Origin: an uncultured Saprospiraceae bacterium
GTDB lineage: Bacteria; Bacteroidota; Bacteroidia; Chitinophagales; Saprospiraceae
Assembly: GCA_964489125.1 (NCBI GenBank)
Contig: CAZAXY010000005.1
Location: 4,535 to 68,534 of the forward strand
Reading direction: 5' to 3'
DNA length: 64,000 nucleotides
The number at the start of each line of letters is the position of its first letter. Position 1 is the first letter of the stretch. Below the pieces are notes generated by a model. The model saw only the letters and a list, made by a program, of their open reading frames with translations, was not told where the DNA came from and did no database searches. Below are positions 38,665 through 49,591 of the stretch, piece after piece. The position numbers and the translations under genes were made by a program.

Positions 38665-39003
38665 ATCCCGAAGGTATTACTCTGCAGATTGTCTCTTGAT
38701 ATAAGAGCCTAAGTATTTTTATTCGTTAGGAGAATTGACCTTAATCTCTGGCGCAATCTGTAACACTTTTAAACCTGGTAGAATAAATGAAATGGAGCTG
38801 AATTTTTCAAAAGCCCGTGCTTTAAGTAAAACAACACTCTGCGAAAATCTAAAGAGGGTGAATGGTCCATTAATTCAACAGACCCTCCACCAGCAATTTG
38901 GTGTAGACTAAAACCATAAAACTGGCCAACCTCCTCTGTTAATGCCCTGTTAACCACGATCGATCACTAAAATCTGATCATATTAGTAGTGCATCTTTGC
39001 ATT

Positions 39004-40278
39004 ATGCCTAACTATCTGATACGACGGCTGGCCATACTAGGAGCTATATCCATCTTTGGGGTATTGTTCATACAGGCCTATTGGTTGAAGAGAGCTTTTA
39101 ATCTTAAGGATTCAGAGTTTAATCAGACAGTCACTATAGCTCTGTTAGAAGTTGCTCAAAAGATTGCAGACTTCAATCAGTCTGAGTTACCAAAGCAAAA
39201 TCTAATTCAGCGCACTTCTTCTAACTACTACGCCGTCAATATCAATGATAATATCGACGCCAATATCCTTGAAGATTACCTGATCAGAGAGTTTGGACAG
39301 CGAGCTATTAATAGGGACTTCGAATTTGCTATATACGACTGTCAATCCCAGGAACTGGTCTATGGATCATACTGCAAGATGGACAACCTCGAAGAGTCTA
39401 GAGATCGAACTGGAGTATTGCCCACCTTTGACAACCTGACCTATTACTTCGTCGTCAAGTTTCCTGGACAGCGAGGCTTCCTGCTTAGTAATATGTGGCA
39501 GAATATTGCATTTAGTTTTTTCACCTTTCTATCCCTGGCATTCTTGGTATATGCTATGTGGGTAATCCTACAACAAAAGCGACTCTCAGAGCTTCAAAAA
39601 GACTTCATTAATAATATGACTCATGAGTTCAAGACGCCTATCAGTTCTATAAAGATAGCTTCTGATTATCTGAAGAAAAATGATCTACTTACTCAAAATC
39701 CCAAGCTTAAGAAATACACAGAGATAATCTCAGACCAAAATAAACGGCTTAATAGTCAGGTCGAGAAGGTCCTCAGTCTAGCAAAATTGGAATCGGACAG
39801 CTTTAAGCTCAATCTAGAACCATTGCAACTCCTAGACGAGATAACCGAAATCGTCGAAGGTGAAAGCTTGAAAATAAGCCCAGGTAAAATCAAGGTGCAA
39901 CAGCAGGAGTCGTTGGGCAATCAAACCATAATCGGTGATCGACTACACTTCACTAATGTGATCTATAATATCATCGATAATGCCATAAAATATTGTTCTA
40001 CCGCTCCAGACATACTGATCAATATCAGCGAAAAGAAGGATAAACTAATCCTAAACATCAGAGATAATGGTGTAGGTCTAAAGAGAGATGACCTCGAACG
40101 AGTATTTCAAAAATTCTATAGAGTATCAACAGGCGATGTACATGATGTGAAGGGCTTCGGCCTAGGTCTCTATTACGTAAAAAATATATGTACAGCTCAC
40201 GGCTGGGATATCTCTATAGACTCTGTCCTTGGTGAGGGTTCTACATTTTCTATTCAAATACCTCAAAACCATGGCTGA
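39004..40278 (+). CDS. Sensor histidine kinase (HisKA + HATPase_c)
   Basis: Two TM helices, H box NNMTHEFKTPISSI, N box IIDNAIKY, and G boxes RDNGVGL and GFGLGLYYV. ATG at 39004 is preferred over GTG at 38989. Confidence 0.85.
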   Translation: MPNYLIRRLAILGAISIFGVLFIQAYWLKRAFNLKDSEFNQTVTIALLEVAQKIADFNQSELPKQNLIQRTSSNYYAVNINDNIDANILEDYLIREFGQRAINRDFEFAIYDCQSQELVYGSYCKMDNLEESRDRTGVLPTFDNLTYYFVVKFPGQRGFLLSNMWQNIAFSFFTFLSLAFLVYAMWVILQQKRLSELQKDFINNMTHEFKTPISSIKIASDYLKKNDLLTQNPKLKKYTEIISDQNKRLNSQVEKVLSLAKLESDSFKLNLEPLQLLDEITEIVEGESLKISPGKIKVQQQESLGNQTIIGDRLHFTNVIYNIIDNAIKYCSTAPDILINISEKKDKLILNIRDNGVGLKRDDLERVFQKFYRVSTGDVHDVKGFGLGLYYVKNICTAHGWDISIDSVLGEGSTFSIQIPQNHG

Positions 40279-40951
40279 TCAAATCTTATATGTAGAAGAC
40301 GACGCAACCCTCGCTTTCTTAACGAACGATGCTCTTACAGACGAGGGTTATGAAGTAGATCACTATCTCAATGGAGCTGATGCTCTCAAGGCCTTTAAAA
40401 AAAAGACCTTTGATTTATGTGTTCTAGATGTGATGCTACCTGTCATGGACGGATTCGCATTAGCAGAACGATTGAGGGCATTAAATACACAGGTGCCAAT
40501 CATCTTCGTCACCGCTAAATCCATGAAGGAAGACAGGATTAAAGGTCTGACCATAGGGGCGGACGATTATATCACCAAACCCTTCAGCATCGAGGAGTTA
40601 ATTCTTAAGATTAATATATTTCTCAAGCGCAGATTTATAAAGACAGACCTGGATCATACTGTGAGCATTGGAGGGAGCAGCTTTGACTTTAAAAATCTCA
40701 CTCTAGATTATAAGGGAGAAGTGAGGAAACTCACTCAACGAGAAGGAGAGCTTATGCAACAGCTTTATCTCAATATTAACTCCGTGGTCTCCCGTAAGGA
40801 TCTCCTGGAGCGTGTCTGGGGAAAGGAAGACTACTTTTTGGGTCGCAGTATGGATGTATTCATCAGTAGACTCCGTAAGCACCTATCATCGGATGATAGC
40901 GTACACATCGAAAATGTACATGGTGTTGGATTTAGGCTTGCGGATAAGTGA
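40271..40951 (+). CDS. OmpR-family response regulator
   Basis: MADQILYVEDD, phosphoacceptor LCVLDVMLP, and a winged-helix C-terminus (VHGVGFRL). An ATGGCTGA overlap links it to the kinase stop. Confidence 0.9.
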   Translation: MADQILYVEDDATLAFLTNDALTDEGYEVDHYLNGADALKAFKKKTFDLCVLDVMLPVMDGFALAERLRALNTQVPIIFVTAKSMKEDRIKGLTIGADDYITKPFSIEELILKINIFLKRRFIKTDLDHTVSIGGSSFDFKNLTLDYKGEVRKLTQREGELMQQLYLNINSVVSRKDLLERVWGKEDYFLGRSMDVFISRLRKHLSSDDSVHIENVHGVGFRLADK

Positions 40952-41086
40952 AACTTAGGGTGATTCAATACCTATATAGAGAACCATATAGGGTATATCC
41001 CTCAAATCTATACGTATTCCTCTATTTAAAAGTCTGAGAATGACCTAGATATTTATGCCTTGAATGATAAAACTAAATATCTACTC

Positions 41087-41296
41087 ATGACCTTAAGAGA
41101 AAAAGAGATACTGGTACTCATCGCTAATGAGTATACTTCAAAAGAAATCGCCCGAGATCTATTCCTGAGTCCACATACTGTAGACTCGCATCGAAAAAAT
41201 ATCATGAAAAAATACAAGCTCAAAAACACAGCAGGATTGGTAAGACTAGCTTTTGAAACGGGCATCTGTAAAGTCAGACCTTTACCAAGTCTATGA
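41087..41296 (+). CDS. Stand-alone LuxR/GerE-type HTH protein (69 aa; 78 aa if TTG at 41060 is used)
   Basis: LTLREKEILVLIANEYTSKEIARDLFLSPHTVDSHRKNIMKKY is a complete GerE HTH. No receiver or ligand domain is present. Confidence 0.65.
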   Translation: MTLREKEILVLIANEYTSKEIARDLFLSPHTVDSHRKNIMKKYKLKNTAGLVRLAFETGICKVRPLPSL

Positions 41297-41343
41297 GCTG
41301 TCAATCCTTGGTCTTTGAAGGACTATTTTAACCATAAGGTTAA

Positions 41344-42936
41344 TTATTTATCCCCGGGCTGCTTAAGCTCCCATCCAGTTTCTTCCTTCTCGGCATCCAC
41401 CATGCTCTTAACATCTCTAAGTAGCTGCTTGGCATCATATACTATGCCGTCTTTTATAGTGTATCTGACTCCGCCTACTCGCACTACTTGGTTGTCCTCC
41501 GTGAGTTTGATCGCTCCAGTTCCATAGAGTACTTTCAGGTTCTGAAGAGGGTTTTCATCTATGATGATTATATCCGCTTTTTTACCCACTTCTATACTTC
41601 CTATCTCATCATCGAGGCCAAGAGCTTCAGCGCCATTTAAGGTGGCAGACCTGATTACCTCTAGTGGATGAAATCCTGCCTCTCTCAATAATTCCAATTC
41701 TCTGATATAAGCAAAACCATATAGTTGAAAAATGAACCCTGAGTCAGATCCAGCAGTCACTCGACCTCCTTTATTCTTGTATTCATTGATAAAAGTCATC
41801 CACAGATGGTAATTCTGGCGCCAGCTGACTTCTTCCTCAGTACCCCAATAATGCCAGTAGGACCCATGGGATATCTTACTAGGTTGATAAAAATGCCATA
41901 GGCTCGGAATTGTATAATCTTCATGCCACTCAGCGCGACGAGCACGATGCAGATCACGACTAGCCTCATAGATATTGAATGTAGGGTCAATGGTAAAATC
42001 TAACTCAATTAGTTCGTCCATGACTGCATTCCAATGATCCGAATGCGGCTCGGCTGCCTGTTTCCACAGTCTCCCGGCTTCACCGAAGCGGTGCTGTTCG
42101 TTCTGATAGTTATAATCAAGAGGATAATTCTGTATGGTTCGATCGTCGAATAGCGCCTCTGGCAGTCCGTACCAATGCTCCATACTGGTCAATCCTGCCT
42201 TAGCTGAATGAAGGACATTCCATCGACCTACCTCGAGTTGCGCATGATGACAAGCTGAGCGCAATCCTTGCTTCTTATTTTCATCAAGGGCCGCAGCAAA
42301 TAAATCTGGGGCTAATCCGAAAAATTTAATACCATCAGCTCCATTAGCCGCATTTTGCCGAACCCAATTACGTGCCATCTCAGGGGTGCTGATTGGGTCG
42401 GTAGAACCTTGACCAAATGCCGTGTAAGCCAATATCCTAGGTGCAGTGATATCGCCCGCCTCACTCAATCTTTTATGCTTGAGCACCCAATCTAGCCCGT
42501 TACCACATGAGGGATCCCGTATGGTGGTTATGCCATGAGCCATCCAAAGTTTGAATACATACTCACCGCCAGCTCCCTGCCAGCGCCCACCGATGTGCCC
42601 ATGCATATCAACCAATCCCGGTAAGACATAAGCTCCGTAGGCGTCGATCTCATGCCCGCCAGATTTTAGCGTAGGTCTTCGGCTAGAATCTATCTCAACT
42701 CCTGGGTAACCAACTACCTCAATATCCTTAATGATGTTATCCTCTATAACGATATCGACCGGCCCTATCGGCGGGGCTCCAGTACTATTGATTAGAGTCG
42801 CACCACGAATGATCAATTGTGAGAATGGTCCTTCTCCTTCCCTTACAAGCGGAGCTTCAGAAACAGATTGTGAAGAAGCACTAAGAAAACTAAAACCAAC
42901 TAAAACAAAAAGTAGTAGACGTAGCATATCAGGCAA
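41344..42936 (-). CDS. Secreted amidohydrolase-family metallohydrolase
   Basis: Signal peptide, HxH ([12 protein letters not shown]) and [15 protein letters not shown]. Confidence 0.8.
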   Translation of the reverse strand: MPDMLRLLLFVLVGFSFLSASSQSVSEAPLVREGEGPFSQLIIRGATLINSTGAPPIGPVDIVIEDNIIKDIEVVGYPGVEIDSSRRPTLKSGGHEIDAYGAYVLPGLVDMHGHIGGRWQGAGGEYVFKLWMAHGITTIRDPSCGNGLDWVLKHKRLSEAGDITAPRILAYTAFGQGSTDPISTPEMARNWVRQNAANGADGIKFFGLAPDLFAAALDENKKQGLRSACHHAQLEVGRWNVLHSAKAGLTSMEHWYGLPEALFDDRTIQNYPLDYNYQNEQHRFGEAGRLWKQAAEPHSDHWNAVMDELIELDFTIDPTFNIYEASRDLHRARRAEWHEDYTIPSLWHFYQPSKISHGSYWHYWGTEEEVSWRQNYHLWMTFINEYKNKGGRVTAGSDSGFIFQLYGFAYIRELELLREAGFHPLEVIRSATLNGAEALGLDDEIGSIEVGKKADIIIIDENPLQNLKVLYGTGAIKLTEDNQVVRVGGVRYTIKDGIVYDAKQLLRDVKSMVDAEKEETGWELKQPGDK

Positions 42937-42976
42937 ATTTGATATGCTATACTAAGGAATAATTGTGAGATGATGT

Positions 42977-43477
42977 CTACATCAACTTCTTAAGTCCTAA
43001 TCTGGCTACGACGAGTAACCCAACTAACATCAGGATCACATACTGAAATGGCAGGAATGTCACTGCAAAAATCCTAGTACGATCCAACAACCACATCACC
43101 GCTATTATCGCCATCATGACCATGATGAGTCCAGATATCTTATTGAATCCTGGTATATACTCAAAAGGCACATTTCTTTTGATTAACCAGAGCGTTAATA
43201 CCATAACCATAACTGGCAAGACTTGAGTAAACAGATTGCTCTGCATAATAGGTTGCCGCTCAAACAGAAATAGATATACGTTGAGGACTATGGCAAATAT
43301 GCCAGGAATAGTAGCTCCATACACCAATGCGGTATATAGATACTTCCAAGGAGACAGATGTCCTTCGCCCTTACCAAATACACTGGCAAGGAACGCCGTA
43401 AGTGGAAGCGCTACAAAATAGAAGCCTATGATCTCCGGATTATTCGTACATGCATCAAAAAATTCCTGTAATGTCAT
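42977..43477 (-). CDS. Membrane protein (4-5 TM), unknown function
   Basis: 166 aa hydrophobic ORF, 6 nt downstream of sucB. Confidence 0.5.
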   Translation of the reverse strand: MTLQEFFDACTNNPEIIGFYFVALPLTAFLASVFGKGEGHLSPWKYLYTALVYGATIPGIFAIVLNVYLFLFERQPIMQSNLFTQVLPVMVMVLTLWLIKRNVPFEYIPGFNKISGLIMVMMAIIAVMWLLDRTRIFAVTFLPFQYVILMLVGLLVVARLGLKKLM

Positions 43478-43482
43478 GTTTA

Positions 43483-45051
43483 TTATATGTTCATCATTAA
43501 TCTGACAGGATCTTGTAGTAACTCAATAACCTTAACCAAGAATGTAACTGAAGAGCTACCATCGATCACCCTATGATCATATGATAAAGCCAAGTACATC
43601 ATTGGTCTGATCTCGACATTGCCGTCAACTGCTATAGGGCGTTGCTTTATAGTGTGCATGCCCAATATGGCTGATTGAGGCTTGTTAAGTATCGGTGTAC
43701 TCATCATAGATCCAAAGATTCCACCGTTGGTAATTGAGAACGTTCCACCTCGCATCTCATCAAGAGTTAGCTTTCCTTCTCGCGCCTTTCCTGCTAGCTC
43801 TTTAATCTTGTATTCTATCTCGTGAAAAGCTAATGACTCACAATTATGAACTGGAGGCACTACCAATCCTGTCGGTGTTGATATAGCAATTGAAATATCA
43901 ACATAATCGTGATAAATCAAATGGTCGCTATCAATAATTGCATTGACTTGAGGCATCTCCATCAATACTTGAGCACATGCCTTGGCAAACAGCGACATGA
44001 AGCCCAGCTTGATGCCGTGCTTCTCCACAAACTTCTCTTGATATTGCTTGCGCAAGGCAAAAATATTAGTCATATCAACCTCATTAAATGTGGTCAACAT
44101 GGCCGAATCATTCTTAGCTGATACCAGCCTCGACGCTATAGTGCGTCTCATACGAGACATCTTCTCCCTCCGAGTAGTCCGAGCAAATGATGATGCCGCT
44201 TGTATTGGCGCTCCTGATTCTGAAGTAGGCCCACTCGACTGCTTGGTAGTTGGACTTGCACTTACCGCGTCTTGCTTGGTGATTCTTCCTCCTACACCGC
44301 TTCCTTGGACTTCACTCGGCGAGATGCCTTTTTCAGCTAACATTTTTGCTGCAGCTGGAGATGGATGCCCTACGGCATAGCTGGTGCTCTCTGCTGGTGC
44401 TGAAGCCGCTGGTTTCTCTTCGGCTTTTGGCGACACCTTAGGTACAGGTGCAGCATCTTTTTCCGCTACTTCTATCTTGGCAACAAGTGCTCCGATCTCG
44501 AGGTCATCTCCTTCGCCAGCGACATGTCTTAATATACCCGATGCCTCGGCGGGAAACTCTAGAGTCGCCTTGTCAGATTCAAACTCACAGATTGGATCAT
44601 CTATATTCACGAAGTCTCCATCTGCTACTAACCATGAGGATAACGTCACCTCACTGATCGACTCACCGATCACTGGCACTTTCATTTCCTTTACATCCCC
44701 AGTGCTCTTGATCATTGGTGCGCTCGCAACCGGTTCCGCCGCTGCGGGTGCTGTTGAAGCTGCTGGCGCTGCGGGTTCTTCCTTAGCCTTTGAACTTGAC
44801 GCAGCGGATTTAGCAGCTGTATCTATTTTAGCCACTACTGCTCCGATTTCTAAATCATCGCCCTCGTCCGCTACGTATATTAGTTTCCCTTCTGCCTCAG
44901 CTGGAAACTCTAATGTAGCCTTATCGGACTCAAACTCACAGATCGGCTCGTCCAGCTTGACAAATGATCCATTTTCCTTCAACCAAGATGATAGCGTTAC
45001 TTCAGTAATCGACTCTCCAATTACGGGCACCTTCAGCTCAACAATACTCAT
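43483..45051 (-). CDS. sucB: Dihydrolipoyllysine-residue succinyltransferase (2-oxoglutarate dehydrogenase E2) with two lipoyl domains
   Basis: Two ESDKAT lipoylation sites, Ala/Pro linkers, [12 protein letters not shown]...TTFNEVDM and the catalytic [10 protein letters not shown]. Confidence 0.75.
   Translation of the reverse strand: MSIVELKVPVIGESITEVTLSSWLKENGSFVKLDEPICEFESDKATLEFPAEAEGKLIYVADEGDDLEIGAVVAKIDTAAKSAASSSKAKEEPAAPAASTAPAAAEPVASAPMIKSTGDVKEMKVPVIGESISEVTLSSWLVADGDFVNIDDPICEFESDKATLEFPAEASGILRHVAGEGDDLEIGALVAKIEVAEKDAAPVPKVSPKAEEKPAASAPAESTSYAVGHPSPAAAKMLAEKGISPSEVQGSGVGGRITKQDAVSASPTTKQSSGPTSESGAPIQAASSFARTTRREKMSRMRRTIASRLVSAKNDSAMLTTFNEVDMTNIFALRKQYQEKFVEKHGIKLGFMSLFAKACAQVLMEMPQVNAIIDSDHLIYHDYVDISIAISTPTGLVVPPVHNCESLAFHEIEYKIKELAGKAREGKLTLDEMRGGTFSITNGGIFGSMMSTPILNKPQSAILGMHTIKQRPIAVDGNVEIRPMMYLALSYDHRVIDGSSSVTFLVKVIELLQDPVRLMMNI
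44470..45039 (-). repeat. Intragenic tandem duplication: two lipoyl domains (44821-45039 and 44470-44688)
   Basis: Hand alignment gives 57/73 identical residues ([20 protein letters not shown]... against [20 protein letters not shown]...), offset by 351 nt. Confidence 0.85.
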
Positions 45052-45196
45052 GATTTAGATTGTATGTGTGATAATTTTTAGACTGCTCAAAAAATGAGCA
45101 CTATTATAAAGTTCACAAATTTTAACAAGGAGACAAAGCTCGATACAACTTAATAATGAGCTATAGATAAAAACATCCGGATATTATAGCATCAGG

Positions 45197-45661
45197 CTAC
45201 TGCTCTTCAACTGGTCTTGCATCAATTAATAGATACATGAGCCTGTTAATATCGTCAGGATTGAGCTTAAGAGTGCCTTTAAGTGTTACCTGCTCTGCTG
45301 TATATTCTACAGGTACTGTACTCTCTACTTCCATGACGGTCTCAGGTCCAGCACCACCACAGAAAAAACATAAGTTATATGGATAGGCTGAAAAGATAAA
45401 CTCAGAATGGCTTTTATACCCTTCCACTGGTATGATATATCCTTTTACCTCTACTTCTTTATCCTCAAGATCTTGCACTGACTGAGCAAAAACAGGTTTG
45501 TCAATCTTGAACCCTAAGAACTCGTCATATTCTTTCTTATAAGTAATCTTAGAAAGCGTCTTCCATAGATTGGAGTTAGGCTGAGTGGCCGTATCCGCTG
45601 ATTGGCTGAATATTGAAAGGCTCAACAAAGTTGCAACTATAAGGATCATCAGTCTTTTCAT
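45197..45661 (-). CDS. Secreted hypothetical protein (154 aa)
   Basis: Signal peptide MKRLMILIVATLLSLSIFSQ. Contains a CFFCGG motif. Confidence 0.5.
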   Translation of the reverse strand: MKRLMILIVATLLSLSIFSQSADTATQPNSNLWKTLSKITYKKEYDEFLGFKIDKPVFAQSVQDLEDKEVEVKGYIIPVEGYKSHSEFIFSAYPYNLCFFCGGAGPETVMEVESTVPVEYTAEQVTLKGTLKLNPDDINRLMYLLIDARPVEEQ

Positions 45662-45758
45662 GTCATATATTGTAAAGCTTAAACGATAAAGTTAACAGTA
45701 AAGGTTCTTAATTAATCTTTAATTCATGGAAGTTCTATCCTATTTATCAGTATTACGT

Positions 45759-46811
45759 CTAAAATAGACGGCCCTTATCTCCTAAATCAATAGTTAAACT
45801 CAAGTGATTGACTCCACCTCCTAAATGATAATTTCCTAAACCATAATCAAATCTAAACTTCTTCAACTTAATACCGACTCCAAAACTAAAGCCGCCAAAA
45901 CTCCTAAATACGTTGCTACGGAGTTCTTGATTGCGCTGGTGGTTGTATCCGAATCTCAGCCTTAGAGCCTCTTTTTTACCTATGATAAATTCACCACCAA
46001 AGACTAAATGTCTAAACAGGTTGCTAGTGAAAATTTGGACTCCAGATTCTTCGGACACTGTCTGATTGATAAAAATAGGGTCATCCTCAACACGTGTTGA
46101 TTCGCGGATATCCCATCGTTGTAAATCTCTCGCTGTTACTAAAAATCTAAATGGCAGATGAGCCAACTTCTTAGCGTAACCAATCTGAATATCGGTAGGC
46201 AACGATTCTCTTCTCTCACTGAAACTACTCAGCTGAACACCTATATTCCGCACTAGTACTGACCAAACGACAGCATTGTCAGGCTTGAGATATTGAATCC
46301 CCAAATCGAATGCTAGCCCAAAAGAATCATATTGATCAAGATCACTCCTAATAAGCTTAAATGTTGTCCCCACCGACAATCGATCATTAATCAACTTAGC
46401 TGCACTTATACTCAATGCATATTCTGCAGCATTAAACGTACCAAGGATGTTGTCTCGGGTGTCAGCTCGTATGAACTCTCCATAGCTTACATACTGTCCA
46501 CCGACAGCGAGGTTAAGACCTATCGAATCTATGGCAAATCCATAGGCGAAATAGCCGTGATTGATATCTGCGATATGAAAATTATGATTAATGGCTAGCT
46601 GACCTTGGGTTTCATCATTGAGGGCCGCAGGATTGAGTAATCCCAGATTAACATCATTATCTCGTAAGGTCGAACTATACCCGCCTAATGCAGTAATCCG
46701 AGCGCTAGGGGTAAGGTTCAAAAATTCAAATGTTCCAACGCCCCCAAGCTGCCCCAAGAGCAATTGAGCCGAAAAGCAAAGAACAACACATATCGTACAG
46801 AGCAACCGCAT
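45759..46811 (-). CDS. porQ: Outer-membrane beta-barrel, T9SS PorQ-like
   Basis: 350 aa. N-terminal FEFLNLTPSARITALGG motif, alternating beta-strand pattern and a C-terminal aromatic residue (F). Confidence 0.45.
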   Translation of the reverse strand: MRLLCTICVVLCFSAQLLLGQLGGVGTFEFLNLTPSARITALGGYSSTLRDNDVNLGLLNPAALNDETQGQLAINHNFHIADINHGYFAYGFAIDSIGLNLAVGGQYVSYGEFIRADTRDNILGTFNAAEYALSISAAKLINDRLSVGTTFKLIRSDLDQYDSFGLAFDLGIQYLKPDNAVVWSVLVRNIGVQLSSFSERRESLPTDIQIGYAKKLAHLPFRFLVTARDLQRWDIRESTRVEDDPIFINQTVSEESGVQIFTSNLFRHLVFGGEFIIGKKEALRLRFGYNHQRNQELRSNVFRSFGGFSFGVGIKLKKFRFDYGLGNYHLGGGVNHLSLTIDLGDKGRLF

Positions 46812-47428
46812 TACTCTGCAATATCTCCATTTTCTTTAGTCCAAATGGTCCTGCAGATTGATAAATCATTACACATCATCCTTCTAATGGGATTTCCAGA
46901 GTCATCAAACTCTTCAAGGAGGCCATGTTCATTTTCTCCATTTAGATAGTTTCCTTTCCATTTGACCTGGCCATTATCGTGATATTCTTCAAATGGACCA
47001 TTCTCTTCATTGTCTTCAAATGTCACACGCTCTATCAATTCACCGGTCTCTTTATACTTAGTTACAACTCCATTTAACACCCCATGATCGTATATCATAA
47101 CAAGCTTGTGCGAGCCAGATGGATAGTAAGTTGTTAAGGTATCGTGGAGCACGTCATCTAAATATTGCTCATAAACCTCAATCTTACCGTCGGGATAGTA
47201 GATGTATCGCTCCCCATCCAACTGACCTCTATTATAATTACTCCTAGAATAGAGGGTCTCTCCGTTATCGAGATACACCAGTTTCTGTCCATGTATAAGT
47301 GAGTCTTTGTCGATGTGATAGATCTCTTTCATGCCAGCATCAGGATATTCTAGTACGACACGATTATCGGGTTTACATGACGATAGCGCGACTCCAGTGA
47401 TTAGAGCAGATAGGATTAAAGCTTTCAT
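46811..47428 (-). CDS. MORN-variant repeat (YwqK-like) lipoprotein
   Basis: Lipobox ALSSC. Repeated Y.(n)G......Y..G..(n)G units. Start taken at ATG 47428. Confidence 0.6.
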   Translation of the reverse strand: MKALILSALITGVALSSCKPDNRVVLEYPDAGMKEIYHIDKDSLIHGQKLVYLDNGETLYSRSNYNRGQLDGERYIYYPDGKIEVYEQYLDDVLHDTLTTYYPSGSHKLVMIYDHGVLNGVVTKYKETGELIERVTFEDNEENGPFEEYHDNGQVKWKGNYLNGENEHGLLEEFDDSGNPIRRMMCNDLSICRTIWTKENGDIAE

Positions 47429-47430
47429 AA

Positions 47431-47463
47431 ACAAAAAACGACCGACTGTATGCCGATCGTTTC
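47431..47463 (-). terminator. Rho-independent terminator after ppiD
   Basis: Minus-strand RNA ACGAUCGG-CAUACAG-UCGGUCGU followed by UUUUUUGU. The stem is 8 bp including two G-U pairs. Confidence 0.55.
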
Positions 47464-47488
47464 TTTATTCAAGTATATATTTCTCTGA

Positions 47489-49591
47489 CTAGTAGAATGT
47501 ACTTCTATTGTCGGTTATTTCTACTTTTTCTTTTAATGCTTCCAGCAGTTCTGTAGCTGTTCTGCCTTTCACTCCTTGAGCTACAGTGTTTTTAATAAAG
47601 GAAACGTTGGTCACTGCACCAGCATCTTGCTTACCTAATGGTTGCACCACGAACACACCACTATTGCCGAGGATTTTTTGAATCCCGCCAGCTCCAAATG
47701 CTGCGCCTACGACTTCAGGTTCATTTCCAATAGCTGGCACAAATGTGTTGAGCATATTTATTCCTCTAAGGGTATCGACTTTAGAGCCATACTGAGACGC
47801 CACAGATCCTAAGTTATCCGATAGAGAACCTAATATTGATTTTCCTTTGAGCTGATTTAGCACGGCAACCTCAACCTGATTGCGAACTTCTGCAGCAGAT
47901 GGCATACCTGGTTCTTTGACAGCACTAAGACCTGCAATCACGTAGGCGTTATTATAGTATAGCACTGGATCTTGAAACTGATATACCTGAGGAGAGACAT
48001 CATTAGTCGAGATTCCTGAAGTGAACGCCCATTTAGCAATCTGTCGTGACTCATTTCCTGGTGTCAAACCAGTTATTAGGTAATCATTAGCTCCGAGATC
48101 ATTAGAGGTCTGCATCTCCAGATTGCTCATGCCAGCGACAGCATTCGTCAAGTCATCTAAATACGGATGGGCGCTAACTATATCTACCATTTTATTGTAA
48201 AGATCATCCTGCGTCTTCTTACTTGGCACTATTGGCACATTAACATAGGCTAATTTATACTTTGACTCTCTGGTGTCGTATTTCTGATCTTCGATATGGA
48301 TCAGGTGCCAACCAAATTGAGTTTGAACCTTATAGTATCCGCCCTTCTTACCATCAAGAAATGCAACCTTATTGAATGGTCCAACCATCGCTCCTTGCGC
48401 AAAATATCCAAGGTCGCCACCATCTTGGCCAGATGCAATATCTTCGCTGAACTTAACAGCCAAGGTGTCAAAAGGTACTCTGCCCAACTGGGCAACAGCC
48501 ATTAAACTATCTATGATTGACTCGGCCTCATCCGCCTGAGTCAGATTTCCTGGAGTAACTCTTTTTAATATATGACTAGCTCGGACAGAATCTGGGAGCA
48601 CCTGCTTGTCTACTAATTTTATTGCTTGGAAGCTTCTTCCTAAAATATAAGGACCATATACTCGCCCTACCTCATATGAACCAACCTTATCGGCATAGAA
48701 CTCATCGAGTTCCTCCGCCTTGGCATAGTAATTCGTATATATCCCATTATTGGCTTGCACAAATAGGGAATCACTTTCAGTTATTGCGAACCTCCCTATT
48801 ACTCCATTCATCTCGTCTCTATATGTAAGGGTATCCTCACTTGTAGGTAGGACATCCATTTTGACATATGATAGTACTCTCTTCTCCTCTGTACGTTCGA
48901 AATCACTCTTTCTATTAGAGATATAAGAATTAATATCAGAGTCACTAACTTGAACATCTGCTGTGATTGCATCAAAAGGTATTTTAACCACGGCAGCATT
49001 AGCTGTTGCATTCTCTTCTGAGAACATGGCTTCTGCCATCCAATTAGGTGTATATACAGCCTTCTGCGCCAATCCAGTCATTTTGTTCTGTAGTTGAGCT
49101 TTGACAATCTGCTTTTCTTGCTCGCCCCAGAACTGTGCAAACTCCACACTAAGTGGTTCTCCTGCTTCTAACTGACTTCTTATTTGTTGCAGCTGAGCTG
49201 TCATCAATTGTCCAGTTTGTGGATCTCTGAAATTCTGATAAATGATTGGACTAATATTAGATCCAAACTGAAGATCCATCAACTCATCGTATCCCACACT
49301 AAGGCCTAACTTCTCAGATTCATTACTGACAATTTTTTGCTCTATGAAATAATTCCATAGGGCAGCTCTACTAGCATTCGGGTCCTGAGCGTTGGCAAAA
49401 AGAGAACTATATGCTGATTCAAACTCTCGGTTAGAGACTTCTTCGCCAGCAATTTTACCAATAGAGCTACTCACAGATGCGCCTCCGCCACCTGGACCCA
49501 TTGCATCCATTAATATAAATGACAACGTCGCCAGTGCTATTATGATAAACACCAACCACATGTTGTTTCTAATCTGTCCTATTAATGCCAT
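47489..49591 (-). CDS. ppiD: Periplasmic chaperone / parvulin-type PPIase, PpiD-like
   Basis: 700 aa. N-terminal anchor MALIGQIRNNMWLVFIIIAL. Parvulin domain ASHILK...GGDLGYFAQGAMVGPF...FGWHLIHIED. Confidence 0.7.
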   Translation of the reverse strand: MALIGQIRNNMWLVFIIIALATLSFILMDAMGPGGGGASVSSSIGKIAGEEVSNREFESAYSSLFANAQDPNASRAALWNYFIEQKIVSNESEKLGLSVGYDELMDLQFGSNISPIIYQNFRDPQTGQLMTAQLQQIRSQLEAGEPLSVEFAQFWGEQEKQIVKAQLQNKMTGLAQKAVYTPNWMAEAMFSEENATANAAVVKIPFDAITADVQVSDSDINSYISNRKSDFERTEEKRVLSYVKMDVLPTSEDTLTYRDEMNGVIGRFAITESDSLFVQANNGIYTNYYAKAEELDEFYADKVGSYEVGRVYGPYILGRSFQAIKLVDKQVLPDSVRASHILKRVTPGNLTQADEAESIIDSLMAVAQLGRVPFDTLAVKFSEDIASGQDGGDLGYFAQGAMVGPFNKVAFLDGKKGGYYKVQTQFGWHLIHIEDQKYDTRESKYKLAYVNVPIVPSKKTQDDLYNKMVDIVSAHPYLDDLTNAVAGMSNLEMQTSNDLGANDYLITGLTPGNESRQIAKWAFTSGISTNDVSPQVYQFQDPVLYYNNAYVIAGLSAVKEPGMPSAAEVRNQVEVAVLNQLKGKSILGSLSDNLGSVASQYGSKVDTLRGINMLNTFVPAIGNEPEVVGAAFGAGGIQKILGNSGVFVVQPLGKQDAGAVTNVSFIKNTVAQGVKGRTATELLEALKEKVEITDNRSTFY

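Noticed and set aside
38665-38988. A 324 nt gene-free spacer containing a 62 aa minus-strand ORF (38769-38957). I looked for a riboswitch, RNase P, SRP RNA, 6S or tmRNA signatures.
   Set aside because: I could recognise no conserved RNA motif (no GGAGGAAAGUCC, B12 box, TPP CUGAGA context and so on). Only short 5-6 bp hairpins are present and the ORF has no supporting features. It is most simply a divergent promoter region, though Rfam/Infernal should be run.
44384-45058. 224 aa plus-strand ORF (Ala/Ser/Gly-rich), plus 44048-44380 and 44448-44657, antisense to sucB.
   Set aside because: These are low-complexity shadows of the Ala/Pro linkers and duplicated lipoyl domains of a clearly real minus-strand gene. 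They have no independent coding signal.
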